In this document: positions 18,775-27,533 of the stretch, one piece after another | How the letters are laid out: every line of letters begins with the position of its first letter | Numbering within the stretch: position 1 is the first letter of the stretch | Assembly (NCBI GenBank): GCA_963749075.1 | Contig: CAVVLJ010000017.1 | Location: forward strand, 352,001 to 416,000 | Reading direction: 5' to 3' | Length of the DNA: 64,000 bases | Source: an uncultured Pseudomonadota bacterium | GTDB taxonomy: Bacteria > Pseudomonadota > Alphaproteobacteria > JACZXZ01 | Notes under the pieces: model-generated | The model's input: only the letters and a program-made list of their open reading frames with translations | Databases searched by the model: none | What the model was told of the DNA's origin: nothing | Made by a program: the position numbers and the translations under genes

Positions 18775-19992
18775 TCACGCGGCCTTGGGGATCATCAAGC
18801 GGCCCCAGACATCGGCGAGGGCTGCCACCAAGCTGTCGATATCGGCGTCGGAATGCAAGGGCGTCGGTGTGAGCCGCAGACGCTCGCTGCCGCGCGGCAC
18901 GGTGGGGAAATTGATCGGCTGCACGTAGATGCGGTGGCGCGCGAGGAGCTCGTCCGAGGCCTGCTTGCACAGCCGCGCGTCGCCCACGAGCACGGGCACG
19001 ACATGGCTCGGCGACGGCATCATCGGCAATCGCGCGTGGCGCAGCCGCGCTTTCAGCAAGGCGACGCGCTCCTGGTGGCGCTCGCGCACCGCCGGGGCGC
19101 CCTTGAGGAAGCGCAGGCTGGCAAGGGCGCCCGCAGCGATCGCCGGCGGCAGCGCCGTGGTAAAGATGAAGCCGGGTGCGAAGCTGCGCAGGAAGTCGAC
19201 GAGTGCCGCCGAGCCGGCGACATAGCCGCCCACCAGACCGAAGGCCTTGGCCAGCGTGCCCTGGATCAGGCTCAGCCGGTGCATCACGCCGTCCCGCTCG
19301 GCGACGCCCCCGCCGCGCGGGCCGTAGAGGCCGACGGCATGGACCTCGTCGAGATAGGTGAAGGCGCCGTAGCGCTCCGCCACGTCGCAAAGCTCGGCGA
19401 GGGGTGCGATGTCGCCGTCCATGGAATAGACCGACTCGAAGGCGACGAGCTTGGGCCGCTCCGGATCGGCGAGGGCCAGCCGGCGCGCGAGGTCCGCCGG
19501 ATCGTTGTGCGCGAAGATGTGCCGCTCGGCGCCGCTGTGCCGGATGCCTTCGATCATGGAGGCGTGATTGAGCGCGTCGGAATAGATGATGGCGCGCGGC
19601 ATCTGGCGGCCGAGGGTCGCCAGCGCCGCCTCGTTGGCGACGTAGCCCGAGGTGAAGAGGAGTGCCGCCGCCTTGCCGTGGAGATCGGCGAGCTCGCGCT
19701 CGAGGGCGACATGGTAGCGGGTGGTGCCGGAGATGTTGCGCGTGCCGCCGGCGCCGGCGCCGCTGAGGTCGATGGCCTCGCGCATGGCGGCCAGCACCTC
19801 CGGGTGCTGCCCCATGCCGAGATAGTCGTTCGAGCACCACACCGTCACCTCGGCGCCGAGGCGGTGCTCGAAGGCGTTGGGGAAGGCGCCCGCCCGCCGC
19901 TCGAGCTCGGCGAAGACGCGGTAGCGCCCCTCCCCTCTCAGCTCGGCGAGGCGCTCGGTGAAGAATGCCTCATAGTTCGGCTCTCGCCGCAT
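18775..19992 (-). CDS. hemA: 5-aminolevulinate synthase
   Basis: [60 protein letters not shown]. Confidence 0.97.
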   Translation of the reverse strand: MRREPNYEAFFTERLAELRGEGRYRVFAELERRAGAFPNAFEHRLGAEVTVWCSNDYLGMGQHPEVLAAMREAIDLSGAGAGGTRNISGTTRYHVALERELADLHGKAAALLFTSGYVANEAALATLGRQMPRAIIYSDALNHASMIEGIRHSGAERHIFAHNDPADLARRLALADPERPKLVAFESVYSMDGDIAPLAELCDVAERYGAFTYLDEVHAVGLYGPRGGGVAERDGVMHRLSLIQGTLAKAFGLVGGYVAGSAALVDFLRSFAPGFIFTTALPPAIAAGALASLRFLKGAPAVRERHQERVALLKARLRHARLPMMPSPSHVVPVLVGDARLCKQASDELLARHRIYVQPINFPTVPRGSERLRLTPTPLHSDADIDSLVAALADVWGRLMIPKAA

Positions 19993-20086
19993 CGGCCTCG
20001 ACCCAACTTCCGCGATTCCCCGAAGCGAAGCGCCGTCTCGGCGGCGGAGCGGCGGCGCGCCCCGCCGCCGCCCCGCGTAGCGCCGC

Positions 20087-20536
20087 CTAATATTGCCCGG
20101 TATCGAGCACCGAGCCCGAATTCGACCAGTAGATGTAGGTCTCGAGCGCCTTCATCGCCTCCGAGTCGGGAGTGATCTTCTCGCCCTGGTTTGGCTTCTC
20201 GATGCACCAGTTGATCATGTCCCGCAGCGTCGCGAAGGCGGCCATCTGGGATTGAAACTTCGGGAACGAGCCGGGATGGGTGTCGGAGGCCATGGGATGG
20301 CACATCGCGCAAGCCATCCCCGTCTTGCTGAGCGTCACCCCCATCGCCTTGGCGGTGGCGCCGTCGCCATGGAACAGAAGGTCGCCCTTCCTGACCTCGT
20401 CCATGAGGACATCGTTGTACGCCTTGAGCTGATCCGGCGTGACGGGCGTCTTATGGGCATCCGCAGAGCTGATCAACCCTACCGTCAGAACGGTTCCGAC
20501 GAGGAGGGCGCCGCGGACGAACTTTCGGCTTGTCAT
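20087..20536 (-). CDS. Small monoheme cytochrome c, SoxA/TsdA-domain-like
   Basis: Sec signal; CAMCH; FPKF....TLRDMINWC...[11 protein letters not shown] parallels the Cys-ligated heme domain of SoxA/TsdA. Confidence 0.8.
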   Translation of the reverse strand: MTSRKFVRGALLVGTVLTVGLISSADAHKTPVTPDQLKAYNDVLMDEVRKGDLLFHGDGATAKAMGVTLSKTGMACAMCHPMASDTHPGSFPKFQSQMAAFATLRDMINWCIEKPNQGEKITPDSEAMKALETYIYWSNSGSVLDTGQY

Positions 20537-20549
20537 GGCCAGTCCTCCC

Positions 20550-21689
20550 TCAGTCCTTGTATTGCCACATTTCGTCGGCGATGCGCGGATGCAGGATCTC
20601 GCGGTGGCTCAGCGAGGAGTCGGACATCGATTGAGCGTAGACCACCTTGCGGCCCCACATGACGTAGTCGTTCTCGACCTTGTCGGCGGCGCTGACGGTG
20701 AGCTTGTCCCAGCCGACGCCGTCGTAGATGTCGCCGGGATCGGCACGGATCATCGGCACGGTGAGCTTCGGCACGCCCTCCGGCGCATAGGGCCACGGCC
20801 ACGCGGTCGACAGCATGCCGATGCAGCGCATGTGCCCGATCTCGTTGTAGAGCACCTGGTGGGTATGGCCGTGGATGTTGGTGATGTTGGTGTAGGGCGC
20901 CAGCACCTCGTTGACCGGTCGCCAGTCGCGCACCCAGAAGTTCCAGCGCGGGTAGTACTCGTAGAGGGGGTTGTGCGTGAAGACGATCACCGGCTTGGCC
21001 TTGTCCCAGCCGGAGAGCGATTTCTGCAGGAAGTCGATCCCGTCGCTGCCGACCGCGGCCCAGGGACCGGCGACGTTGCCGTCGAGGGTCGCCATGTGAT
21101 CCATGCGCTCTTCCGGGCTCATCTTCCTGGCCGACCAGTAGTCCGGCGCGCGGCTGACGGTGTCGAGGCCGATGAAGCGTACGCCCTTGTGGTCGAAGGT
21201 CCAGCTCGGCTTGCCGTAGAGGTCGGTCCAGTGCTTGCCCATGTCGTAGTACCAGTCGTGCTCGCCCGGGATGAAGTGCTTCGGGGCCTTCACCTCCTTG
21301 AGGATATTGCTGCCGAGATCGAGCTCATCGGCGCGGCCGAGCTGGGCGATGTCGCCGCCGAAGACGAGGAAATCCGGCGCCGGTTTCATCTCCTGCACGT
21401 CCTTGACAGCGCGCACCGTCTTCTCGACGAAGCGCTCGTTGACCGCCTTGACATAGAGGTGCGTGTCGGAAATCCAGGCGAAGCTGAAAGGCTCCGTCGC
21501 GGCGTGGGCGACGCTGATGGTGTTGACGAGGGGGAACCAGCCCACGCTCGCCGCCCCGGCGGCCACGCCGGTGGCGATCGATTTGTGCAGGAACGTGCGG
21601 CGGCTGAGATGGAGCGACGGGTCGGGCCGCGCGCCGAGTTTGTTCAAGGTGCGGTGCATCTCACGTCGTTCGCGGTCAAGCTCGGACAT
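20550..21689 (-). CDS. Tat-exported calcineurin-like metallophosphoesterase
   Basis: SRRTFL Tat motif; SDTH, GGD, PGEHD, THNP, HGHTH metal motifs; GGAGG RBS. Confidence 0.9.
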   Translation of the reverse strand: MSELDRERREMHRTLNKLGARPDPSLHLSRRTFLHKSIATGVAAGAASVGWFPLVNTISVAHAATEPFSFAWISDTHLYVKAVNERFVEKTVRAVKDVQEMKPAPDFLVFGGDIAQLGRADELDLGSNILKEVKAPKHFIPGEHDWYYDMGKHWTDLYGKPSWTFDHKGVRFIGLDTVSRAPDYWSARKMSPEERMDHMATLDGNVAGPWAAVGSDGIDFLQKSLSGWDKAKPVIVFTHNPLYEYYPRWNFWVRDWRPVNEVLAPYTNITNIHGHTHQVLYNEIGHMRCIGMLSTAWPWPYAPEGVPKLTVPMIRADPGDIYDGVGWDKLTVSAADKVENDYVMWGRKVVYAQSMSDSSLSHREILHPRIADEMWQYKD

Positions 21690-21768
21690 GGCGTGCCTCC
21701 CTTTCTTGGTCGTCACAAAACATTGCGCACTCGCCCAAGGCGGCGAACGGCCGAGCGGGCCGTCTCGC

Positions 21769-22491
21769 CTACTTGGGCGCCTTCAGCTCGATGGCGAGTT
21801 CCACAGGCTTGCCCGCGGCAACCGTGACCGGCTGCTCCATCTCGCCCGTATAGGGCTGCCAGGTCACGAGGGTGTAGTTGCCCGGCGGCACGTCCGCGAT
21901 CGTGAACTTGCCGTCGGCGCCGGTGATGGCGTAGTAGGGATTGTCCACGACATAGATCCAGCCCAGCATCCAGCCGTGGGCGTCGCAATCCACGCGCACC
22001 TCGCCGGGCCGCGTCAGGTCCGTCTCGATGCGCTGGCCCTTGTTCGGCAAGGCCATGTTGAAGGCGGTGCGCTTGCCGTAGTAGCCGTGGGTGTTGTGCA
22101 GCACCGGATCGTCGTTGACGACCACGAGCGGTCCCGCGGGGATGACCTGGACATCGGGCACGAAGCGGCATTTCACGTTGTCGAGCTCGGGCTTCTTGCC
22201 GGGCGCCGGCCAAGCCTTGCCCTTGGCCACCTCCTTGAGGAAGACGACCGCGTTCGCGACGGCGTGGTCGGCGTCCACGTCGATCAGCGGATCCTCGCGG
22301 ATGCCGCCGCAGACCTCGACATCCTTGGTCGGAATGATCTTCCGCGTCGGTACGGTGCCGTTGTAGGTGATCTTGCCCGAGATGGTGCCGCCGCCGGTAA
22401 CCGTGCCCGCCTCATAGGCTTGCGCGGGGACGCTCAAGAATGCCGCGAGGGCGAGCGCAAGAAAAACGGCAAACGGATTGATAGTCTTCAT
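21769..22491 (-). CDS. Exported cupredoxin-like protein with carboxypeptidase-regulatory-like domains
   Basis: Sec signal; C.F.P.V, NDDPVLHNTH, CDAHGWM (type-1 Cu-like H..CxxHxxM), DGKFTIADVPPGNY. Confidence 0.75.
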   Translation of the reverse strand: MKTINPFAVFLALALAAFLSVPAQAYEAGTVTGGGTISGKITYNGTVPTRKIIPTKDVEVCGGIREDPLIDVDADHAVANAVVFLKEVAKGKAWPAPGKKPELDNVKCRFVPDVQVIPAGPLVVVNDDPVLHNTHGYYGKRTAFNMALPNKGQRIETDLTRPGEVRVDCDAHGWMLGWIYVVDNPYYAITGADGKFTIADVPPGNYTLVTWQPYTGEMEQPVTVAAGKPVELAIELKAPK

Positions 22492-22597
22492 CGCTACGGC
22501 TCGCCCTCCCAAAGCTTTCCGGCCATTATTGCGTCCGGCGTGCCGCCGGCGGCCTTTTCACGAGGCGTCGAGAGCAAGGGTGGCATGGAAGCCGCCC

Positions 22598-22630
22598 GGA
22601 AATCTTTGGCGAATTCCTGAAATCTTCTGG
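22598..22630 (-). promoter_or_regulatory. Shared upstream motif, copy 1
   Basis: GGAAATCTTTGGCGAATTCCTGAAATCTTCTGG; 30/32 identical to the reverse complement of copy 2. Confidence 0.8.
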
Positions 22631-22800
22631 TTTGACCTGATGCGGCCGCGCGCGGCTCTCGCCATTGCGCGGCGCGCGTGATGCGGCGGCGGGTCATGGT
22701 CGGCATCAGCCCATTGCGCAGGCGCCTACGGACGAGAGGTGCCCGCGGCCAGCGCCGCGTGCTCCGGCGCGGGCTGCGCCGGCCCCCACTCAGCTCATTT

Positions 22801-22832
22801 CAGAAAATTCCAGGAATTCGCCAAAGATTTCC
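22801..22832 (+). promoter_or_regulatory. Shared upstream motif, copy 2
   Basis: CAGAAAATTCCAGGAATTCGCCAAAGATTTCC, about 104 bp upstream of the ccoN-like ATG. Confidence 0.8.
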
Positions 22833-22935
22833 GCGTGGGTTTCGTGCAACGCTGGCTCTCGCGCGCACCGAATAGAGCAAGAATAGCGCGCAGCAACCGG
22901 CTGGGCTGGGAAGCCGAGGGGAGGAGGGGCGCACC

Positions 22936-24390
22936 ATGGCCGAAGCAGTGCATGGGGCGGAACCGCTGCACGGCAAGTTCGCCGGCATCGATCTCGATGA
23001 GCTGGTCGATTGGCGGCTCGTAAGAACTTGGCTCTATTTCGGCATGTTTTGGCTGATGGTGACGCCCTCGGTCGGCGTGACGCTCTCGGGCATCTTCGAC
23101 TATCCCGATTATCTCGGCCATGCGCTGGGCCTGACCTTCGGGCGGCTGCGGCCGGTGCACGTCAACGGCGTCATCTTCGGCGCCTTTTCCAGCCTGTTCA
23201 TCGGGGAGTGCTATTACCTGGTGCCGCGCCTGTGCGGCGTGCGCGTCGCCTGGGGCGAATGGGGCATTCCGCTCGCCTGGGTGTGGAACCTGGCGCTCCT
23301 GGCCGGCCTTACCTCGCTGCCCTTGGGCGATAACCACGGGCTTGAGGCGGGCGAGCTCCCCCTCCTCGCCGAGATCCCGATCTTCATCGTAACCGCGGCC
23401 GCGACCGCGCAGTTCATCGTCACCATTTCGCGGCGCCTCGAGCCGGCGCTTTACGTGGCGCTTTGGTACCTGATCGGCGCTTTCATATGGACCACGTTGA
23501 ACCTCATCCTGGGCGCCTTCATCCTGCCCTACACCATCTCGGGCGTCAACAGCGCCGCCTTCCACGGGCTCTACATCCACTACATCGTCGGCCTATGGAT
23601 CACGCCGGCGGGCTACGTCATCATCTATTATTTCCTCCCGCTCAGCGTGCGCAATCCGCTCTATGCCCACAAGCTCTCCATGGTCGGTTTCTGGTCGCTC
23701 GCGCTGTTCTATCCCTTCGTCGGCATCCACCACTATCTCTACAGCCCGATCGCCGATTGGGCCGAGACGATCGCCATCGTCTGCTCGATGCTGCTGATCA
23801 TCCCGGTGTGGACGGTGCTGGTGAACTTCTTCGGTACCGTGAAGGGCCGCTGGGCGCACTTCGGCAAGAACCTCCCGGCCAAGTTCCTGATCATGGGCTC
23901 CATCATGTATCTTGCCGGCTGCTTCCAGGGCTCGACCGAGGCGTTGCGCTCGATCCAGCAGCCAACCCATTTCACCGACTTCGTCATCTCCCATTCGCAC
24001 CTCACCGTGTTCGGCACCTTCGTGGTGTGGTCGATCGGCGGCCTCGTCTATCTCTGGCCGCGCGTCTGGGGCCGCGAGCTGTGGTCCTTCACGCTCGGTA
24101 ACTATTCCTTCTGGCTCATCACCGTCGGCATCTCCACCATGGGCCTGGTGCTGACGGCGGGAGGCCTGCAGCAGGGCTACGAGTGGATGAGCGGCACCAA
24201 CTGGCTCGACACGGTGGTGCACATGCGGCCCTTCTGGTTCGCGCGCACCCTCGCCGGGATCAGCATGGACATCGGCATGTCGCTGCTCGTCATCAACCTG
24301 ATGATGACGGCGATCACCAGTCCCGCCGCGGAGAGGCAGCCGCACGTGCGCGGCAGCGCCCCGCTGCCAGCCGGGGGGGCCGCGGAATGA
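22936..24390 (+). CDS. ccoN: cbb3-type (C-family) heme-copper oxidase subunit I, divergent
   Basis: FGRLRPVH.NG, LYVALW, helix VI IHYIVG, helix VII YPFVGIHH, helix X HFTDFVISHSH. Confidence 0.88.
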   Translation: MAEAVHGAEPLHGKFAGIDLDELVDWRLVRTWLYFGMFWLMVTPSVGVTLSGIFDYPDYLGHALGLTFGRLRPVHVNGVIFGAFSSLFIGECYYLVPRLCGVRVAWGEWGIPLAWVWNLALLAGLTSLPLGDNHGLEAGELPLLAEIPIFIVTAAATAQFIVTISRRLEPALYVALWYLIGAFIWTTLNLILGAFILPYTISGVNSAAFHGLYIHYIVGLWITPAGYVIIYYFLPLSVRNPLYAHKLSMVGFWSLALFYPFVGIHHYLYSPIADWAETIAIVCSMLLIIPVWTVLVNFFGTVKGRWAHFGKNLPAKFLIMGSIMYLAGCFQGSTEALRSIQQPTHFTDFVISHSHLTVFGTFVVWSIGGLVYLWPRVWGRELWSFTLGNYSFWLITVGISTMGLVLTAGGLQQGYEWMSGTNWLDTVVHMRPFWFARTLAGISMDIGMSLLVINLMMTAITSPAAERQPHVRGSAPLPAGGAAE

Positions 24391-26090
24391 ACGCTCGCAT
24401 CGTAGCGCTGCTCGCCGGCGTCTTCTTCTTCTTCCTCGCCGTCGTCACGCAAGGGGTGCTGCCCTTCCTCGAGCCGTCGGCACGCACCAATCTGGTGACG
24501 GCGGTGGTCCGCACCGACCTCGGTCAGCTCAAATGGATGGTGACGGCGGCCACCGATTACACCCCGCTCCAGCAGCGCGGCCGCGACGTGTATCTCAGGG
24601 AGGGCTGCTGGTACTGTCACTCCCAATACGTGCGCCCGGTGACCGGCGAGACGCGGCGCTGGGGGCCGGTGAGCGAGGCCGGCGAATACGCCTACGACGT
24701 GCCGCACCTCTTCGGCACGCGGCGCATCGGGCCCGACCTCACGCGGGTCGGCCTCAAATACGGCGACGAGTGGCATTTCGCCCACTTCTGGAATCCGCGC
24801 ATGCTGTCGCCGGATTCGATCATGGCGTCCTATCGCGATCTCTTCGACCTGCCGAGCCGGCCGGTCAAGATCGTCGATGACGGCCAGGGCGGCCGCACCC
24901 TCGAGCAGACCGCGGTCACCAAGAAGCTCTTCGACTTCGCGAGCAAGGACCAGATCAAGCTCACGCCGAATGCCGAGGGCCTGCTCTTCGTCCCCAAGGC
25001 GGCGGCGGGCAAGTTCCCGCTGATCTGGACGCCCAACAAGGAATATACCGGCGCCACGGTCACCCTTGCCGTGGAGAGCGACGATCTCGAGGGCCTCATC
25101 GCCTACGTCCAGAAGCTCGGCATGAACCGCGGCAAGTGGCGTGATCGCTTCGAGCCGCAGGAGCTCGAGTCCTCGGGGGCGGCCCTGCCGGCCTCGGAGG
25201 AATGGATCGCCTACGGCAAGGAGGTCTACGAGCGGCATTGCGTCGGCTGCCACGGCGACAAGGGCGACGGCAACGGGACCGCCGCGACCTTCATGTACAA
25301 TCAGCGGCCGCGCAACTTCACGCTCGGCGTCTTCAAGTTCCGCCTCACCCAGAAGCCCGTCCCGACCGACGGCGACCTGCTGCGGACGATCACGCGCGGC
25401 GTGCGCGGCACGGCGATGCCGCCCTGGTATAGCCTGCCGCTCAACGACCGTCTCGCCGTCATTCAGTACATCAAGTACGTTCTCGCGGTGGACCGTTCCG
25501 ACCCGAAGAAGCCTTATGCCTATTTCGTCGAGGAGCCGCCGGGTCAGCCGCTCTATATCCCCAACCCCCCGCCGCCCTCGCAGCAAATGGTCGCGCACGG
25601 CCACGACGTCTGGCAGAACGCCAAGTGCTGGGAGTGCCATGGCACGGCCGGCATGGGCGATGGCGAGAAGGCCGCCGGCTTGAAGGACGATTTCGGCTTC
25701 CCGATCCGGCCCGCCAATCTCACCACGGGCCAGTTCAAGTCGGGGCCGAGGGTGGAGGACATCTTCAGGACGATCAGCACCGGCTTGAGCGGCTCGCCGA
25801 TGCCATCGTTCCGGGATTCGGAGCCGGAGGCGGACCGCTGGGCGCTCGCCTACTACATCCTGTCGCTCTCCGCCTACAAGGATCCGCTCACCGCCAAGCC
25901 GCTCGAGCTGCCCGCGGCGGTGCGCACGGCGCTCGACGATCCCAAGCTCGAGGCGCCGACCCCCGAGCGGGCCTATGTGCCGCCCGGCGTCTCGATGGAG
26001 CGCGTGACGGAGGCGGGCGTCTCCATCGCCCCTGGCGAGACGGTGGAAGTGCGCAAGGAGGCGAGCGCGGGCACTAGCGGGAAGGATTGA
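24387..26090 (+). CDS. ccoO: CcoO-like subunit fused to two further cytochrome c domains (triheme)
   Basis: GRDVYLREGCWYCHSQYVRP, FGTRRIGPDL; further CVGCH and CWECH with GTAMP and GSPMP Met ligands; ATGA overlap with ccoN. Confidence 0.85.
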   Translation: MNARIVALLAGVFFFFLAVVTQGVLPFLEPSARTNLVTAVVRTDLGQLKWMVTAATDYTPLQQRGRDVYLREGCWYCHSQYVRPVTGETRRWGPVSEAGEYAYDVPHLFGTRRIGPDLTRVGLKYGDEWHFAHFWNPRMLSPDSIMASYRDLFDLPSRPVKIVDDGQGGRTLEQTAVTKKLFDFASKDQIKLTPNAEGLLFVPKAAAGKFPLIWTPNKEYTGATVTLAVESDDLEGLIAYVQKLGMNRGKWRDRFEPQELESSGAALPASEEWIAYGKEVYERHCVGCHGDKGDGNGTAATFMYNQRPRNFTLGVFKFRLTQKPVPTDGDLLRTITRGVRGTAMPPWYSLPLNDRLAVIQYIKYVLAVDRSDPKKPYAYFVEEPPGQPLYIPNPPPPSQQMVAHGHDVWQNAKCWECHGTAGMGDGEKAAGLKDDFGFPIRPANLTTGQFKSGPRVEDIFRTISTGLSGSPMPSFRDSEPEADRWALAYYILSLSAYKDPLTAKPLELPAAVRTALDDPKLEAPTPERAYVPPGVSMERVTEAGVSIAPGETVEVRKEASAGTSGKD

Positions 26091-26094
26091 CGCC

Positions 26095-26283
26095 ATGCCG
26101 GAGTTCGAGGTCGCAGGTCCCTATGTCACCGCCCTGATGATGAGCATCGGCGCCGTGTGCGTCTTCATCTGGGGCGTGTTATCGGGCGCTTTCAACGCGT
26201 CGGACGAACCGTCCAAGAGGTTCTATCAGTCGGAGGTCGGAGATGACGGAGTCGGAGAGGGACACGATGTCCCCGGTGAATGA
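26095..26283 (+). CDS. CcoS-like cbb3 maturation protein
   Basis: Single TM + FIWGVLSGAF..SDEPSKRF resembles CcoS FxWxxxSGQF. Confidence 0.65.
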   Translation: MPEFEVAGPYVTALMMSIGAVCVFIWGVLSGAFNASDEPSKRFYQSEVGDDGVGEGHDVPGE

Positions 26284-26446
26284 GGAGACCCACGAGGAGC
26301 TGGAGGAGTATGCCGGCGGTTACATCAAGGCACGGCACGGGTACATCCCCGCGTGGCTGCTCGTCGTCTACGCGGCCCTGTTCGTCTGGGCGCTCTATTA
26401 CCTCTTCGTCTATTGGGGCGGCGTCGGACCGGGGCGGGTGTTCTAG
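26243..26446 (+). CDS. Small membrane protein resembling the CcoP/FixP N-terminal anchor
   Basis: ELEEYAGG..K..HGYIPAWLLVVYAALFVWALYYL; no CxxCH. Confidence 0.6.
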   Translation: MTESERDTMSPVNEETHEELEEYAGGYIKARHGYIPAWLLVVYAALFVWALYYLFVYWGGVGPGRVF

Positions 26447-26510
26447 AGCCGCCGGGTAGGGTGGCGCGCGGGTGCGGCCGGCCAAATGGCCGCGGAAGGG
26501 GAGACGAGAG

Positions 26511-26609
26511 ATGCTGATGCCTAAGATCATCATAGCGGTCGCGTGCGCGAACCTGCTGTTCCTGTTCTCTGAGCTCACCATGAACGTGGTCCGGGCCTTT
26601 ATCGGCTGA
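26511..26609 (+). CDS. 32-aa single-TM peptide
   Basis: MLMPKIIIAVACANLLFLFSELTMNVVRAFIG; purine-rich RBS GGGGAG; inside the operon. Confidence 0.5.
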   Translation: MLMPKIIIAVACANLLFLFSELTMNVVRAFIG

Positions 26610-26620
26610 GGAGAGCAAGC

Positions 26621-26746
26621 ATGGTTGCGCATACCCTTTTCTCGCTGAGCACTGCGAGCCCGGAGCAGGCCGTGGCCTTCATCGGGTTCTCGCTCTTCAC
26701 CATCGGCTTCTTCGTCTGGGTGGCTTGGCTCTCGCGCAAGAAATAG
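26621..26746 (+). CDS. 41-aa single-TM peptide, CcoQ-like
   Basis: MVAHTLFSLSTASPEQAVAFIGFSLFTIGFFVWVAWLSRKK; GAGGAG RBS. Confidence 0.6.
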   Translation: MVAHTLFSLSTASPEQAVAFIGFSLFTIGFFVWVAWLSRKK

Positions 26747-26801
26747 CGCCGTCCTTGCAGCGCCGCAGGCGGCGGGCGGCCGAACGCGGGCGGGCCATGC
26801 G

Positions 26802-27533
26802 GTGATGGACTACTATCTGCTGCTCTTTGCCGCCGGCTTCGCCGGCAGCTTCCATTGCGTCGGCATGTGCGGCGGCTTCGCCTGCGCGCTCGGACGCGAC
26901 CCGCGCGGACATCCGGCGAGCGTTCTGCGCCACCTGCTCTACAACAGCGGCCGGGTCACGACCTACTGCTTCCTCGGCGCCCTCGCGGGTACGCTCGGGC
27001 AGGCGCTGTGCACGCCGAGGGGCTTGACCACGACGCCGCTCCTCGCCGGCTCGCTCGACGCCGGCCAGCGCATCCTCGCCGTGGTCGCGGGGCTGCTGAT
27101 GGTCGCCATGGCGCTGCAGTTCTTCGGTCTGCTGCAGGGACTGCACCGCGTGACCACGGGCTTCGGCGGCAGCACGCTCGCCGGCTCCCTGCGCAGCCTG
27201 CTCGCCGGGCGCGGGCACGGGGCGCCGCTCGCGTTCGGGGTCATCAACGGCTTCCTCCCCTGCCCGCTGGTCTACGCCTTCACCGCCCAGGCGGCGAGCA
27301 CCGCGAGCGCGCTCCCCGGCGTCCTCACCATGGCGGCCTTCGGCCTCGGCACCTTCCCGGCCATGCTGGCGATGGGCGGCATCGGCCGGCTAATGGGTCC
27401 CGTGTGGCGCCGCCGCGGCGTCTGGCTTGCCGGCGGCTTCATCCTGCTCCTCGGCCTCGTCACGCTCGGCCGCGGCATCCTGCCCATGGCCGGCCATGGT
27501 GGGCACCTCTGGCACGGCGGGCATCTCGCATGA
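26802..27533 (+). CDS. DsbD_2/sulfite exporter TauE-like membrane protein (cbb3 biogenesis associated)
   Basis: GSFHCVGMCGG, YNSGRVTTY, NGFLPCPLVY, MAAFGLGTFP. Confidence 0.88.
   Translation: MMDYYLLLFAAGFAGSFHCVGMCGGFACALGRDPRGHPASVLRHLLYNSGRVTTYCFLGALAGTLGQALCTPRGLTTTPLLAGSLDAGQRILAVVAGLLMVAMALQFFGLLQGLHRVTTGFGGSTLAGSLRSLLAGRGHGAPLAFGVINGFLPCPLVYAFTAQAASTASALPGVLTMAAFGLGTFPAMLAMGGIGRLMGPVWRRRGVWLAGGFILLLGLVTLGRGILPMAGHGGHLWHGGHLA

Noticed and set aside
22936-24390. Subunit I as a nitric oxide reductase
   Set aside because: Lacks the HLWVEG Glu motif, keeps the helix VII Tyr, and has CcoO/CcoS/CcoI-like partners
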